The notes under the pieces are model-generated. The model was not told the DNA's origin, did not search any database, and worked only from the letters and a program-made list of their open reading frames with translations. From Caldithrix abyssi DSM 13497 (GTDB taxonomy: Bacteria > Electryoneota > AABM5-125-24 > Hatepunaeales > Hatepunaeaceae): a stretch of DNA of 64,000 nt. The DNA lies in contig CAMBDS010000012.1 in assembly GCA_945865405.1 (NCBI GenBank), positions 2,383-66,382 of the forward strand. Reading direction: 5' to 3'. Positions 10,250 through 20,000 of the stretch are shown here, in pieces. Both the position numbers and the translations under genes were made by a program. Position 1 is the first letter of the stretch. Every line of letters starts with the position of its first letter.

Positions 10250-11650
10250 CTACCTCTTTCCTGTTTCCAATAACATTTCGTCGAGTGCCGAATTTTCGAA
10301 TTCCGAGCGCATTCTCGCCACGATCACCAGTTGGAAGGCTAAAAATGTCCAGAGCAGCATTGCGAGTGGTGTTTGGTGCAAAGTCGCATCAACCAGACTT
10401 GCAGCCAAGCAAGAAATTAAGCCGCCATTTATACCGAGCAACAGTCTTCGATCTGCTTCGGTTGCTTTGGACAGGTATTTCTTTACAGCGTTCATTGCAT
10501 TTAACAGGCTCTTAGAGATGATAGCGAGGTATGCGAACAATCCGAAGACTCCTATATCGAAAAGCCATTTCAGATAGACGTTGTGGACATGTTTTGCATG
10601 AATGAAGCTATATGGGAAATCTGCCATATATTTAGTTCTGAAACTGTCCATACCCATTCCAAGCCAGAAGTATTTGGGAATATACTCCAAACTGTTCATC
10701 CAGATTTGTACTCTCCCTACCGAAGACCAATCGGGATTGTCTCCCATGCCCAACAACATCGCCAATCTATAGATAATAAGACTCGGTAAAGCTATTCCCG
10801 CGACCAAAATCGCTGGTAACATAACTTTCAAAATGTTCTTATCCTTGGAGGCGACATAGAGCATTGCGACCATAAGACTAACTAAAACTGCCCGCGTTTG
10901 TGTCACCAATATTCCTGCCAATACTCCTGCAAACACTAGGACCCAGAACATCCTCGATTTTTTGTCCCCGGCATCGATTAGGGAAATCAAAGCAAATGGA
11001 AGCATCATTCCCATAAAGCAACCTGCAGGATTTTGGGAATCCCAGCGAAACATCTCACGTGGAATTCCGGTCAATATCCATTTAGCGAGACTTATCCATC
11101 CTATTATTGACGTAACTGCAGCTATGACTGTTAAATGTGTCGTGATTTCTTCTGTTGAATTCTTTAAATTATAATACAAAACAAAGACAATTATCGGAAT
11201 CAGAAAGGCGTATTCGAACAAGTATCTGCCAATATCTTTATCCAAAGCTCGAACCGCACCATTTGCACTTGCTGCGAGAAGTAGAGAAAGCAAAAGAGGA
11301 TAAGGAATTTGTACAGTAAAATTGGCGCGATTGGCTCTGTCGGCGAGAAAAGTGATAATAAATAACGTTACTAAAGCAAATACAACATGATCAATGATAA
11401 TCAGATAATAAAGAGGTAAGATTATTGTGCTGAAAGTCCTGACGTTATAAAACAGGATTAGACCGACGATTCCTGCTATGGCAACGAATACCCCAAGTGC
11501 GATGCGATAGTCATAAATTCCACATGCAACTGCCACAGGAATTATGATTACTACCAACAACATCGACCAAACGAGACCTGTCGCCATTTCTCGTCCGGTC
11601 AAATCGCTCAGAACCTGACGGTAAAACCCAATCAAGTTACTTTCGCCCAC
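10250..11650 (-). CDS. O-antigen polymerase/ligase family membrane protein (Wzy-like)
   Basis: 466 aa and highly hydrophobic, with 10 or more TM helices and a larger loop (TQTRAVLVSL...) as in the O-antigen ligase-like domain. It sits between the flippase and the chain-length determinant. Confidence 0.6.
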   Translation of the reverse strand: MGESNLIGFYRQVLSDLTGREMATGLVWSMLLVVIIIPVAVACGIYDYRIALGVFVAIAGIVGLILFYNVRTFSTIILPLYYLIIIDHVVFALVTLFIITFLADRANRANFTVQIPYPLLLSLLLAASANGAVRALDKDIGRYLFEYAFLIPIIVFVLYYNLKNSTEEITTHLTVIAAVTSIIGWISLAKWILTGIPREMFRWDSQNPAGCFMGMMLPFALISLIDAGDKKSRMFWVLVFAGVLAGILVTQTRAVLVSLMVAMLYVASKDKNILKVMLPAILVAGIALPSLIIYRLAMLLGMGDNPDWSSVGRVQIWMNSLEYIPKYFWLGMGMDSFRTKYMADFPYSFIHAKHVHNVYLKWLFDIGVFGLFAYLAIISKSLLNAMNAVKKYLSKATEADRRLLLGINGGLISCLAASLVDATLHQTPLAMLLWTFLAFQLVIVARMRSEFENSALDEMLLETGKR

Positions 11651-12821
11651 GTCTTAGCAGGAGTTTCAGTTCCTGAATTTTGGTCCAATCGCCCTGATTT
11701 TTCCCAGGTAATGCATGCCAATACTCGATCAACAGAATCAATATCATGGTGACAAGAATGGATGCCGCTCCCGCGATCATCACAATAAGCCTGCGTGCGG
11801 GTTTGATTTTCTTTTGCGGAACTCGCGCATAATCCAATATTTGAACATTAGAGGTCTCACGCGCTTCTTGAATACGAGCATTTTCGAATTGGGGATAAAC
11901 AAATTCAAGTAGAGCGGCCTGAATCTTTTGCTGTCTAACTATTTCCGCATAAGTTTTCGCGATGTCAGGTAGCTGATTTAATGCAATAAATAGTTCGCCT
12001 TCCGAACCATTTAACAATCCAGTATATCGTCTTTCAATTTCTTCACTTGACCTCTGCAATATCATTACTTCAGGATGATTTTCGCCCATAGTACTGCGAA
12101 GAAGTTGTAGTTGTATTTCACTGGAAATTTGTTCCGCTTTAAGTGCGGCCGCTGCGCTAATCATAGCCGAGGTTTGATCTGAAACTGAGATTGCGTTGTG
12201 CGTTTTTTGAAATGAGGCGATGCTGTCCTGCAGCATATCAAGCGTGTCGTTGATTTGCTGTAGTCGCCTACCAATAAAAATGCGGTTGGTGCGAGCACTT
12301 TTCCCAGTAATTTCCCGATAATAATTGTCGAGTTCAGCGACGCATGCGTTGGCAACATTAGCGGCTAATAGCGTATCCTTAGCCATGAAAGAAACCTCAA
12401 TTGCCATATCCTCGCGAGTATTGATATCGTAATATGCATCAAATACCTTTAAGAGATCTTCGGGTTTGGTATCAGCTTTCATTTTATAGACATCACGTAA
12501 ATGAAAGCGCTCAATGACGCGTTCTTTTAACGTGCGGCTCGATAAAATAGACTGATAAATATTTTCGGTAGGCATCTCCAAACCAAAATTCGCCGCAACT
12601 CCGGCAAGGTCTTTGGAAAGGAACGAAGGTAGCCCTCCGCCACCGCCGGCCGGGGGGAGAATTACGGTTGTAGATATGTACCATACGGGTAACATGAAAG
12701 TAATGATTGAGGCTATGATTGCCACAACTATGAAATTGATAATAAACAGCTTACGCCAACGAGCGAGGAGTATTAGCAGGTCATAGAAATTGAGACTAAA
12801 GACCTGTTCTTTTTCCGACAT
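11637..12821 (-). CDS. Polysaccharide chain-length determinant (Wzz/GumC-like, no kinase domain)
   Basis: Wzz-type N-terminus (DLLILLARWRKLFIINFIVVAIIASIITFMLPVWYISTTVILPP), a long coiled-coil periplasmic region and a C-terminal TM (RRLIVMIAGAASILVTMILILLIEYW). I prefer the start at 12821 (MSEKEQ), which is preceded by GGAGAGGGA, over the track start at 12866, which overlaps the upstream gene. Confidence 0.7.
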   Translation of the reverse strand: MSEKEQVFSLNFYDLLILLARWRKLFIINFIVVAIIASIITFMLPVWYISTTVILPPAGGGGGLPSFLSKDLAGVAANFGLEMPTENIYQSILSSRTLKERVIERFHLRDVYKMKADTKPEDLLKVFDAYYDINTREDMAIEVSFMAKDTLLAANVANACVAELDNYYREITGKSARTNRIFIGRRLQQINDTLDMLQDSIASFQKTHNAISVSDQTSAMISAAAALKAEQISSEIQLQLLRSTMGENHPEVMILQRSSEEIERRYTGLLNGSEGELFIALNQLPDIAKTYAEIVRQQKIQAALLEFVYPQFENARIQEARETSNVQILDYARVPQKKIKPARRLIVMIAGAASILVTMILILLIEYWHALPGKNQGDWTKIQELKLLLRRGRK

Positions 12822-12835
12822 TCCCTCTCCGTTTT

Positions 12836-14392
12836 TCAAATTTTGTACCCGATAGAAACGTACCATCGATCCTGTGAAATTGCCTGGCGATCACCTTGAA
12901 TTATCCCGAGTTCGATAACCCCTCCGGGAATAACCTCCCACTCTACTCCCAAATCAAGACTATGCCAAGTTGTTTGTGTGCCTTCCAGAAAGTGGACTTT
13001 TTCTACGAGTCCACGCGGAAGTGACTCCTTTATGGTTCCGCCCACTGAGCCGTGCCGATTGTTTGCAATCGAAAGGTTTATTGTCACATCAAATTGTGGT
13101 GTGTAACGTGCCGTCAATTCGATTCGATCACTATTAGGAAGCAGATCTGCTCCCAATGCCGAATTCCAGTGAGTATACCGATTTATGGGAAAAAAATGGG
13201 AATAAACAAATGGTTCTAATCGGGTGTACTCAATGCCTAAATCGAGATTGCTGTCAAACACGTCGGTCGCGACGATTCCTGTCAATAGTCCCAGCTTGTT
13301 CCCGGCGTGACCCTGCCCAAGTTTGGTAATTTTCAGGTCATCTATAAGAAGTGCACCATAAAATATACCCTTCATAGGCAGTCTTGCTACAAAATCGCCT
13401 GACATGGCTACATTATCTCGATCTCCTCCGTCATGTTGTGCTGAATAGAGGAAATAGAGTGGGTTCAGATAACCAAAGTCCAAGGCTCGCTCACCCCAAA
13501 TAATAGCCTCACTGACGGACAAGAGCAACCACGGCAATGGGGTGTACTCCAGCCTGTGAGCTGCGATCCACTTGGACTCTGTCTTAATCCTTGTCCAGCC
13601 GAGTGATGTTTTGTAGAGGGTATCTCCAACTAAATCTGCTGGCGGGTGGAGCTTTCCAACAAGATAAGTAAATTGGGATGTTTCGCCTAATCGAGCCTTG
13701 ACACGAAGTTGATCGAATGATGGTGTGTTGTCGGATAACAACAAATTGGTGCGTTGGCCTGGCCCCCACGACACCCTATCCTTGCCTAAAGTGACGTTGA
13801 TCCAGTCGTTTCCCCAATTCAAGTAGGCTTCAGTTGCGTCATAATAAGTCTCTTTGCCACCCATAAACGGGCCGACGTAGCCGTAATGATCTTCAATGAG
13901 TTGGTCGCGATTATGATAGGGGCCATTTCCGCGTTCTGTATTGTCGACAAATCGGAAGTAGTATCCGAAGTATTGCTTTAATGTGCCGTGAAACTCTATC
14001 CCACTCATCCTTCGCATGATGGTGACATCCTTGCCGCTGTCTACTCTAAAACCAAAGCGAGGGTCAAGTGTGAAGGAGGTGCCATCACTCTTTTGAAATT
14101 TGATCAAATGCCAATTGCGGCTATGCCACTTCTTTTGATGGGACGTGTATAAAGTCGAGTCTGTCAAGTTCATGCTATCGCGAGCCCAGAGCCGTGATAC
14201 GGGGCGATTGGTTAGTAAATCGAGCGGTGCTCCATTGATTACTTCGCCTAAATGATGCCGGTAATCCCTATTATCAAGCGGAATTGATGAATCTCCATTA
14301 GATGGAAGCGAGGAGAATACACCTGCCGAAAAAGAAATCCCGGCATTAAGAAATACCAATATTAGAATTAATCCGACAGAATTACCTATCAT
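12836..14392 (-). CDS. Outer-membrane beta-barrel, capsule-assembly Wzi-like
   Basis: 518 aa with a signal peptide (LILILVFLNAGISFSAG). Beta-strand-rich with alternating aromatic residues. The segment GKDRVSWGPGQRTNLLLSDNTPSFDQLRV resembles the conserved Wzi-family block. Polysaccharide-locus context supports the call. Confidence 0.5.
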   Translation of the reverse strand: MIGNSVGLILILVFLNAGISFSAGVFSSLPSNGDSSIPLDNRDYRHHLGEVINGAPLDLLTNRPVSRLWARDSMNLTDSTLYTSHQKKWHSRNWHLIKFQKSDGTSFTLDPRFGFRVDSGKDVTIMRRMSGIEFHGTLKQYFGYYFRFVDNTERGNGPYHNRDQLIEDHYGYVGPFMGGKETYYDATEAYLNWGNDWINVTLGKDRVSWGPGQRTNLLLSDNTPSFDQLRVKARLGETSQFTYLVGKLHPPADLVGDTLYKTSLGWTRIKTESKWIAAHRLEYTPLPWLLLSVSEAIIWGERALDFGYLNPLYFLYSAQHDGGDRDNVAMSGDFVARLPMKGIFYGALLIDDLKITKLGQGHAGNKLGLLTGIVATDVFDSNLDLGIEYTRLEPFVYSHFFPINRYTHWNSALGADLLPNSDRIELTARYTPQFDVTINLSIANNRHGSVGGTIKESLPRGLVEKVHFLEGTQTTWHSLDLGVEWEVIPGGVIELGIIQGDRQAISQDRWYVSIGYKI

Positions 14393-15417
14393 CGAGCGCC
14401 GTACTGAAGTTCATAATAATCGCGATAAGAACCACTTGTAACCTGATTAACCCATTTTGTATTGTTCATGTACCAGTCAACAGTTCGGCGGCTTCCTTCT
14501 TCAAAATCAAATTTTGGACACCAGCCCAACTCGCGCTCGGTCTTACTCCAATCCATTGCGTATCGCCGATCGTGCCCCGGACGATCCTTGACGAAAGTAA
14601 TCAGACTTTCGGATTTCCCGAGGAGGTCGAGTAAGTGTTTGATTAACATAAGATTCGGCAATTCGTGCTTGCCGCCCAAGTTGTAAATTTCGCCTGGCTT
14701 ACCTTTCTCTAATACTTCCAGTAACCCTCGATTATGGTCATCGACATATATCCAATCACGTACCTGCATTCCATCACCATAAACGGGAATTGGTTTATCG
14801 TTTAGGGCGTTTGAAATCAGCAATGGTATTAATTTTTCTGGGAATTGGTAAGGACCGTAGTTATTAGAACAACGGGAAATTACGACTGGAAGCCCGTAAG
14901 TCTTATAGTATGATCTTACCAACAAATCCGCGCTTGCTTTGGAAGCGGCATAGGGGCTATTTGGTTTTAGGTGGTGGTCTTCAGTGAATGGATGAGCATC
15001 GGGCTGAAGACTACCATAAACTTCGTCGGTTGAGACCTGAAGGAATCGCTGAATCCCAAGACTGCGAGCGGCATCGAGCATTACCTGAGTCCCGATTATG
15101 TTGGTTTTCAGGAAAGGAGAAGCATCGAGGATCGAACGGTCAACGTGAGATTCAGCCGCAAGATGCATGACACCCCAACAGCCTTGCATTGCGTCAAGAA
15201 CTGCCTTTGAGTCTGTTACATCGCCTTTGACAAAGCGATATTGAGGATTTTCTTCAAGTCCGGCAAGGGAAGTGAGATTACCAGCGTAAGTCAAGGCATC
15301 AAAGTTCACTATCTCCCAGTTCGGGAGCTCCTCGATAATCAGGCGAATCAAGTTGGAGCCTATGAACCCGGCTCCTCCCGTAATCATAACCTTTTTTCGC
15401 TCTGTCACGTTCAACAT
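14389..15417 (-). CDS. rfbB: dTDP-glucose 4,6-dehydratase
   Basis: 342 aa. VMITGGAGFIGSNLI..., catalytic YAASKASADLL and the C-terminal ...RPGHDRRYAMD... are the RmlB pattern. SD GGAG lies upstream. Confidence 0.9.
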   Translation of the reverse strand: MLNVTERKKVMITGGAGFIGSNLIRLIIEELPNWEIVNFDALTYAGNLTSLAGLEENPQYRFVKGDVTDSKAVLDAMQGCWGVMHLAAESHVDRSILDASPFLKTNIIGTQVMLDAARSLGIQRFLQVSTDEVYGSLQPDAHPFTEDHHLKPNSPYAASKASADLLVRSYYKTYGLPVVISRCSNNYGPYQFPEKLIPLLISNALNDKPIPVYGDGMQVRDWIYVDDHNRGLLEVLEKGKPGEIYNLGGKHELPNLMLIKHLLDLLGKSESLITFVKDRPGHDRRYAMDWSKTERELGWCPKFDFEEGSRRTVDWYMNNTKWVNQVTSGSYRDYYELQYGAR

Positions 15418-15473
15418 TTACCGTACGCTCCTGTAATTGAGTCGCATCTTAAGTTAGTTGTGCCAAACAAGGT

Positions 15474-15503
15474 AATTTACCTTAATGTCCATATTAAAGT
15501 CAA
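15474..15503 (-). promoter_or_regulatory. Candidate sigma70-type promoter for rfbB and the downstream co-directional gene string
   Basis: The minus strand reads TTGACT-N18-TAAATT (-35 at 15503-15498, -10 at 15479-15474), about 55 nt upstream of the rfbB ATG. Confidence 0.4.
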
Positions 15504-15546
15504 TAATATTACGAGCAATGTGACTTTATAAGGATTTGATGAAGAG

Positions 15547-16971
15547 TTAATAAGGAGATGGCAGCACTAACGTCCGCAACTCTGTCATCTCTTCAATGGC
15601 ATACTTGACACCTTCCCGACCAAAGCCTGATTCTTTAACACCACCATACGGGAAATTGTCGGCGCGGAAGGTTGGAACATCGTTGATAATTACCGCGCCA
15701 ACCTCAAGGCGATTGAAAGCAAGCATTGCTTTTGAGATTTCTGTTGTGAATACTCCCGTCTGAAGGCCATACTGCTGAGCGTTGATCCAATCAAGAGCAC
15801 CCTCGAATTGGCTGTAAGACTGGATTAATACAACGGGGCCGAATGCTTCATCGCGACTGATTCGACAGGTGGCAGGGACGTCAGTTAAAATTGCCGGGGA
15901 TACTCTATTCTCTATTCGGACGCCGCCGGTTAAGAGTTGTGCGCCCGCTTCAACCGCTTCACCTAACCAACTCTCGATTCTTTTGGCCTCACCAGTGTCG
16001 ATTAAAGATGCAACCTCAGTCGTTTCATCTAAAGGATCACCGCACTTCAGATTGTTCACCATTTCGATAAAATAAATCTTGAAGGATTCAAATATATCTT
16101 GATGAACAAGGACATGCTGAACTGAAATGCAGATTTGGCCAGTATGGGAATAGCCGCCAATAACTATACGTTTCAGGGCTGATTCGAGATCGGCAGAAGG
16201 CTCGACGATCACGGCTGCATTACCACCTAACTCAAGGCAGACACGCTTCTTATAAGCTCTCTGTTTTATACCCCAACCGACCGAACCAGATCCGGTGAAG
16301 GTAATCAGTTTGACGCGAGGATCCTCAATTAACGGAGCAGCGAGACGGGATTCGCAGGGAATGACGTTGCATGCCCCATCAGGTAGTCCTGCCTCCAATA
16401 GTAGATCTCCGAGGAGTAGAGCAGTGATCGGCGTCGATGAAGCAGGCTTCAGGTTGATTGCGCAGCCCACGGCAATCGCCGGAGCAACCTTGTGGGCGAC
16501 CAAATTCAAAGGAAAGTTAAACGGTGAAATACCGGTGATCAGCCCCACCGGAAATCGCCTGACAAGTGCTACACGGTCACCTGTGGCAGGTGTTATATCG
16601 AGTGGCAACAGTTGTCCTTCGAATTGTCTGACCGCTTCTGCGGCAAGTCGGAAGGTCGATTCGGCACGTGTTGCCTCGGCGCGAGCTTCCCGAATGGGCT
16701 TGCCGCCTTCAAGAGCGATAGTTCGCGCGAACATCTCCCTGCGCTCAATCAACAGATCAGCAGCTTTATGGAGTATGTCTGCCCGCTGGTAGGAGCGCAA
16801 TTGCCTCATTGTTTTGGCATCTCGGTCACCAACTTCAAGCGCTTTATCAATTTCCAGGCTACCGGCAAAGCTTACTTCGCCGACCTCCTCCCCATTCCAT
16901 GGGCTTTTAATGCTTTTCCGAGACGCTGTCTCAACCTGCTTGCCATTCAATAAGATTGGGTAATAACTCAT
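15547..16971 (-). CDS. NAD(P)-dependent aldehyde dehydrogenase family protein
   Basis: 474 aa. ELGGNAAVIV (catalytic Glu), GQICISVQ (catalytic Cys) and FTGSGSVG (cofactor site). Confidence 0.85.
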   Translation of the reverse strand: MSYYPILLNGKQVETASRKSIKSPWNGEEVGEVSFAGSLEIDKALEVGDRDAKTMRQLRSYQRADILHKAADLLIERREMFARTIALEGGKPIREARAEATRAESTFRLAAEAVRQFEGQLLPLDITPATGDRVALVRRFPVGLITGISPFNFPLNLVAHKVAPAIAVGCAINLKPASSTPITALLLGDLLLEAGLPDGACNVIPCESRLAAPLIEDPRVKLITFTGSGSVGWGIKQRAYKKRVCLELGGNAAVIVEPSADLESALKRIVIGGYSHTGQICISVQHVLVHQDIFESFKIYFIEMVNNLKCGDPLDETTEVASLIDTGEAKRIESWLGEAVEAGAQLLTGGVRIENRVSPAILTDVPATCRISRDEAFGPVVLIQSYSQFEGALDWINAQQYGLQTGVFTTEISKAMLAFNRLEVGAVIINDVPTFRADNFPYGGVKESGFGREGVKYAIEEMTELRTLVLPSPY

Positions 16972-17030
16972 CGCACGCTCATAAGAGATACTCTCAAGGA
17001 ACTGTTTATGTTCCAGTTATGAAATGAAGA

Positions 17031-17062
17031 CCCCCCGACCGGCTTAGGCGCCGGCCGGGGGG
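17031..17062 (-). terminator. Rho-independent terminator downstream of the 1939-aa gene
   Basis: CCCCCCGACCGGC / GCCGGCCGGGGGG forms a 12-bp GC-rich stem with one mismatch and a 6-nt loop. On the minus strand it is followed by UCUUCAUUUC, and on the plus strand by CTTTTG. Confidence 0.6.
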
Positions 17063-17088
17063 CTTTTGCATTTAGGTGTTGGTAACGA

Positions 17089-20000
17089 TTACCGAACCAG
17101 AATTGCCTTCTGCATTCCGATAAATGCGCCGGACTGCATCTTGATCAGATAGATACCTGAGGTCTGGCCTTCGGCTGTCCAGGTCAATTCGTACTGACCT
17201 GCCTCATGACGTCCGCCGGCAAGCTGGGCTATCTTGCGACCATGCATGTCCCAGACACTGACCTCTACATCTCCCGGAGTCGGAAGACCAAACTTCAGGG
17301 TCGTACGGGCATTGAATGGATTGGGATAGCTGTTCGAGATGAAATAGTTTTCCGGCATCTCAGCGTGTGGAAGTTCTCTGATCTCGAGTCGACTCGCGGT
17401 GAACGCGAAGTTGTTGTTGGCGGCTGGAACATTGCGTTGTTGTTGAGCCACTACTAACATTCCGCGATCAACTGCTATCACTTTCCAATGAATTGTGATA
17501 TCGCGATCTCTTAGACGCTGTCCGAGTTTCACAAACAATGAATCGTTTGGAACAGGATATTGAGTCCCGCTGAGCGTGTCAAACTTAAGTGTATCCTGAC
17601 GACCCGGTATCCAAGCTCTGAACCAATAGCGCACTGAGTCAATTTCCCACTGGTTCTGGATTGCAGGCTCCCATGAGAAGACGAATGGTCCAAGTGAATC
17701 GGGGCCTTCGAAGTTGTGGTTCATTTCGGGCGTCAACAATCTGAATGCGCCACCGCCACCTGCCCGGTCGGAGGGCAGGTCGTTGATGTCAGGTGTGACA
17801 GTCACACCAAACTGCGTCGAGACAGATTCTCCAGCCCTGTCAGTCGCTGTGACGGTTACAATCGCACTGTCACCGTCAAGTGCGGCTGTGTTATAGTTGG
17901 CGGACAGTGTGCGGAACAGGGCGGTTGTACCGGCGTCAATGCGAAGACCAAACTCGGCGGGACCATCGACAGCGTATGCAAGAACATCTCCAACATCGAT
18001 ATCGCGGAACTTCAAGTTTAATCTTGCAATCTGTAGTTCGTTGAGGTTTGAATCCTCAGCGATTCGGATGTTAGCAATGTTTGGCGGCACAAAGGTCGGC
18101 GCGTCGTTAACTGGTTCGACTGTCACGTGAATGACTTCCCGGACCTCATTGGGGGCCTGAGCACGGTCACGACAATAGACCGTAATATCAAACTCACCAT
18201 TGATGTTAAGGCGAGGTTGTATGCTAACCTCTGTAGTCTGTGCGTTGTACTGAACCTGAAGATCGGCCGGTGCTGGTGCGACAACACCGAAATTGAGCTG
18301 GTCGCCTTGATCGGGGTCAACCCAGTGATTGTCGTTCAAAGTAGCAATTACTACACGATCAGCATCTTCCTGAATGACAACGTCTTCCAGTGGATTTTGG
18401 TCATTGTAAACAGGTGCATCGTTGATGCCGCGTACATTGATGGTCAAGTTGTTGATTTCGTCTGCACCACCGTCAGCATCGGCCATTCGGACAACGGTCT
18501 GGTATTGGCCGATGTCGTCAGCGGTCGGCTGCCAACTAAGAGTCGCTGTACCGTTGCGGTTATCGACGAAACGTGCTTCATCGGGCAATCCACCTCGATT
18601 AGGCATCGTCCAAACAATTTGGTCGCCCTGACTTTCAACGTCAGTACCGTTGAATTGGAGGGCGGCGTCTTGTCGTTCATCGATATTCCATACGAACTGA
18701 CCGTTGTTTTGCGGTGCAGTTATCACCGGAATATCGTTGATCGATCTGAAGCGCATGGTGAATGTGTAATCAGTGATTAGGTCTCGCACCGGAGTTTCCG
18801 AAGGATTCGAGATATTAGCCTCGAAAGCCCCAGCTGCCCCATCAACGCGACGCATATCTCGTTCAGGCGCTCCCTGCTGATTATCATTTGCCCTAAGTGT
18901 AACTCGAACATCACCGAAGAAATTAGCAGGGAGGTCGATCTGCCACCTTGGCACACCTGCGACAACCCGGTGTTCATTGGTCATGTTCGGGTTCATCGCC
19001 TGCGTTATGAAGGTTAAGGCATTTCCATCAGGATCAGTAAAGAGGTTGCGCATATCAGGAATAACAACCAGTCTTGGTGGTGCTCCTGCCATCGCCTGAT
19101 CTTCATCGAACGTGATTAAATCGTCCTGAAAGGGTTGTACCTCAGGAGCCTGATTTACATTCACAATTGTAATCATTACCGATGTGACATCTGTGATATC
19201 ACCGTTGGTTGCCTGGAAGCTGAGTACATAAGGTCTGTTACGGAATGAATTGAAGTTTGTCTCCCAGTGGAAATCGGCGGTGTTGTTGCCGTTATCCGTA
19301 AACTCAACATCACCGGCGTTTTGGGCAATTTCATCTCTGTTAAGGATCGAGAGCCGCATATTGCCCGGAGCATTGGCGATTGTGAAATGGATGTCAACAT
19401 CTTCGCCTTCACTGACCTGAACTTCACCGGGGTCTGACGCAAGAACGACAACGCCTTCGACACGAATACTGAGGAAGTTTATTGCGTCATTCTGCCAATT
19501 GAGTTCCTGGTTGTCTTCGACTTCGACTACAATATCGTCACCTTCATACTCGCGACGCTGACTGCTGTCCCAAACCTTGAGGGTCATTGCCTCACCGTTT
19601 TGGAAACCCTCAACAACAAATCGTGTTTCGGGATCGTCTCCCCATGCGGCAACGCCACAAGTACCGGGTTGTTCGACGATACCGGCTCCGGCGCAGAGAC
19701 CAGCCGTTGTGAAAACACCAATCTCGTCGCCTACTGCGGCATCAACTCCACCGAACTCAAATGGCTCGACAAGAAGGCTGTGATTCTGTGCCACGGACAT
19801 AAAGTCAAATCGACCCTGCTCAACTGAGCCGACACCATTCGGTCGGAAGGTGAACTGCGCCTGATCAGGATCGTCAGAGAAGACAGTAAGAATACCTTCG
19901 TAAGGGGCGTCTTCGGTAGGAGTAAAGGTTACATTGACATCAAGAACTTCGTCCGGTCCAAGAACTACCGCCTGATTGTTAAAATCATGCGTGTAAACGT

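Noticed and set aside
16995-17016. A sigma54-like TGGAAC element upstream of the aldehyde dehydrogenase gene (minus strand).
   Set aside because: The element reads GG-N10-GT, not the required GG-N10-GC (TGGCAC-N5-TTGC). No enhancer-binding protein gene is nearby.
18127-18780. Long antisense (plus-strand) ORFs inside the giant genes and other minus-strand genes. Examples: 18127-18780 (217 aa), 28428-29039 (203 aa), 22013-22489 (158 aa), 16295-16792 (165 aa), 6183-6644 (153 aa).
   Set aside because: They lie fully inside strongly supported minus-strand CDSs. Their translations are low-complexity (Ser/Thr/Pro/Arg-rich) with no recognisable motifs or SD sequences. They are shadow ORFs produced by the codon bias of the real frame.
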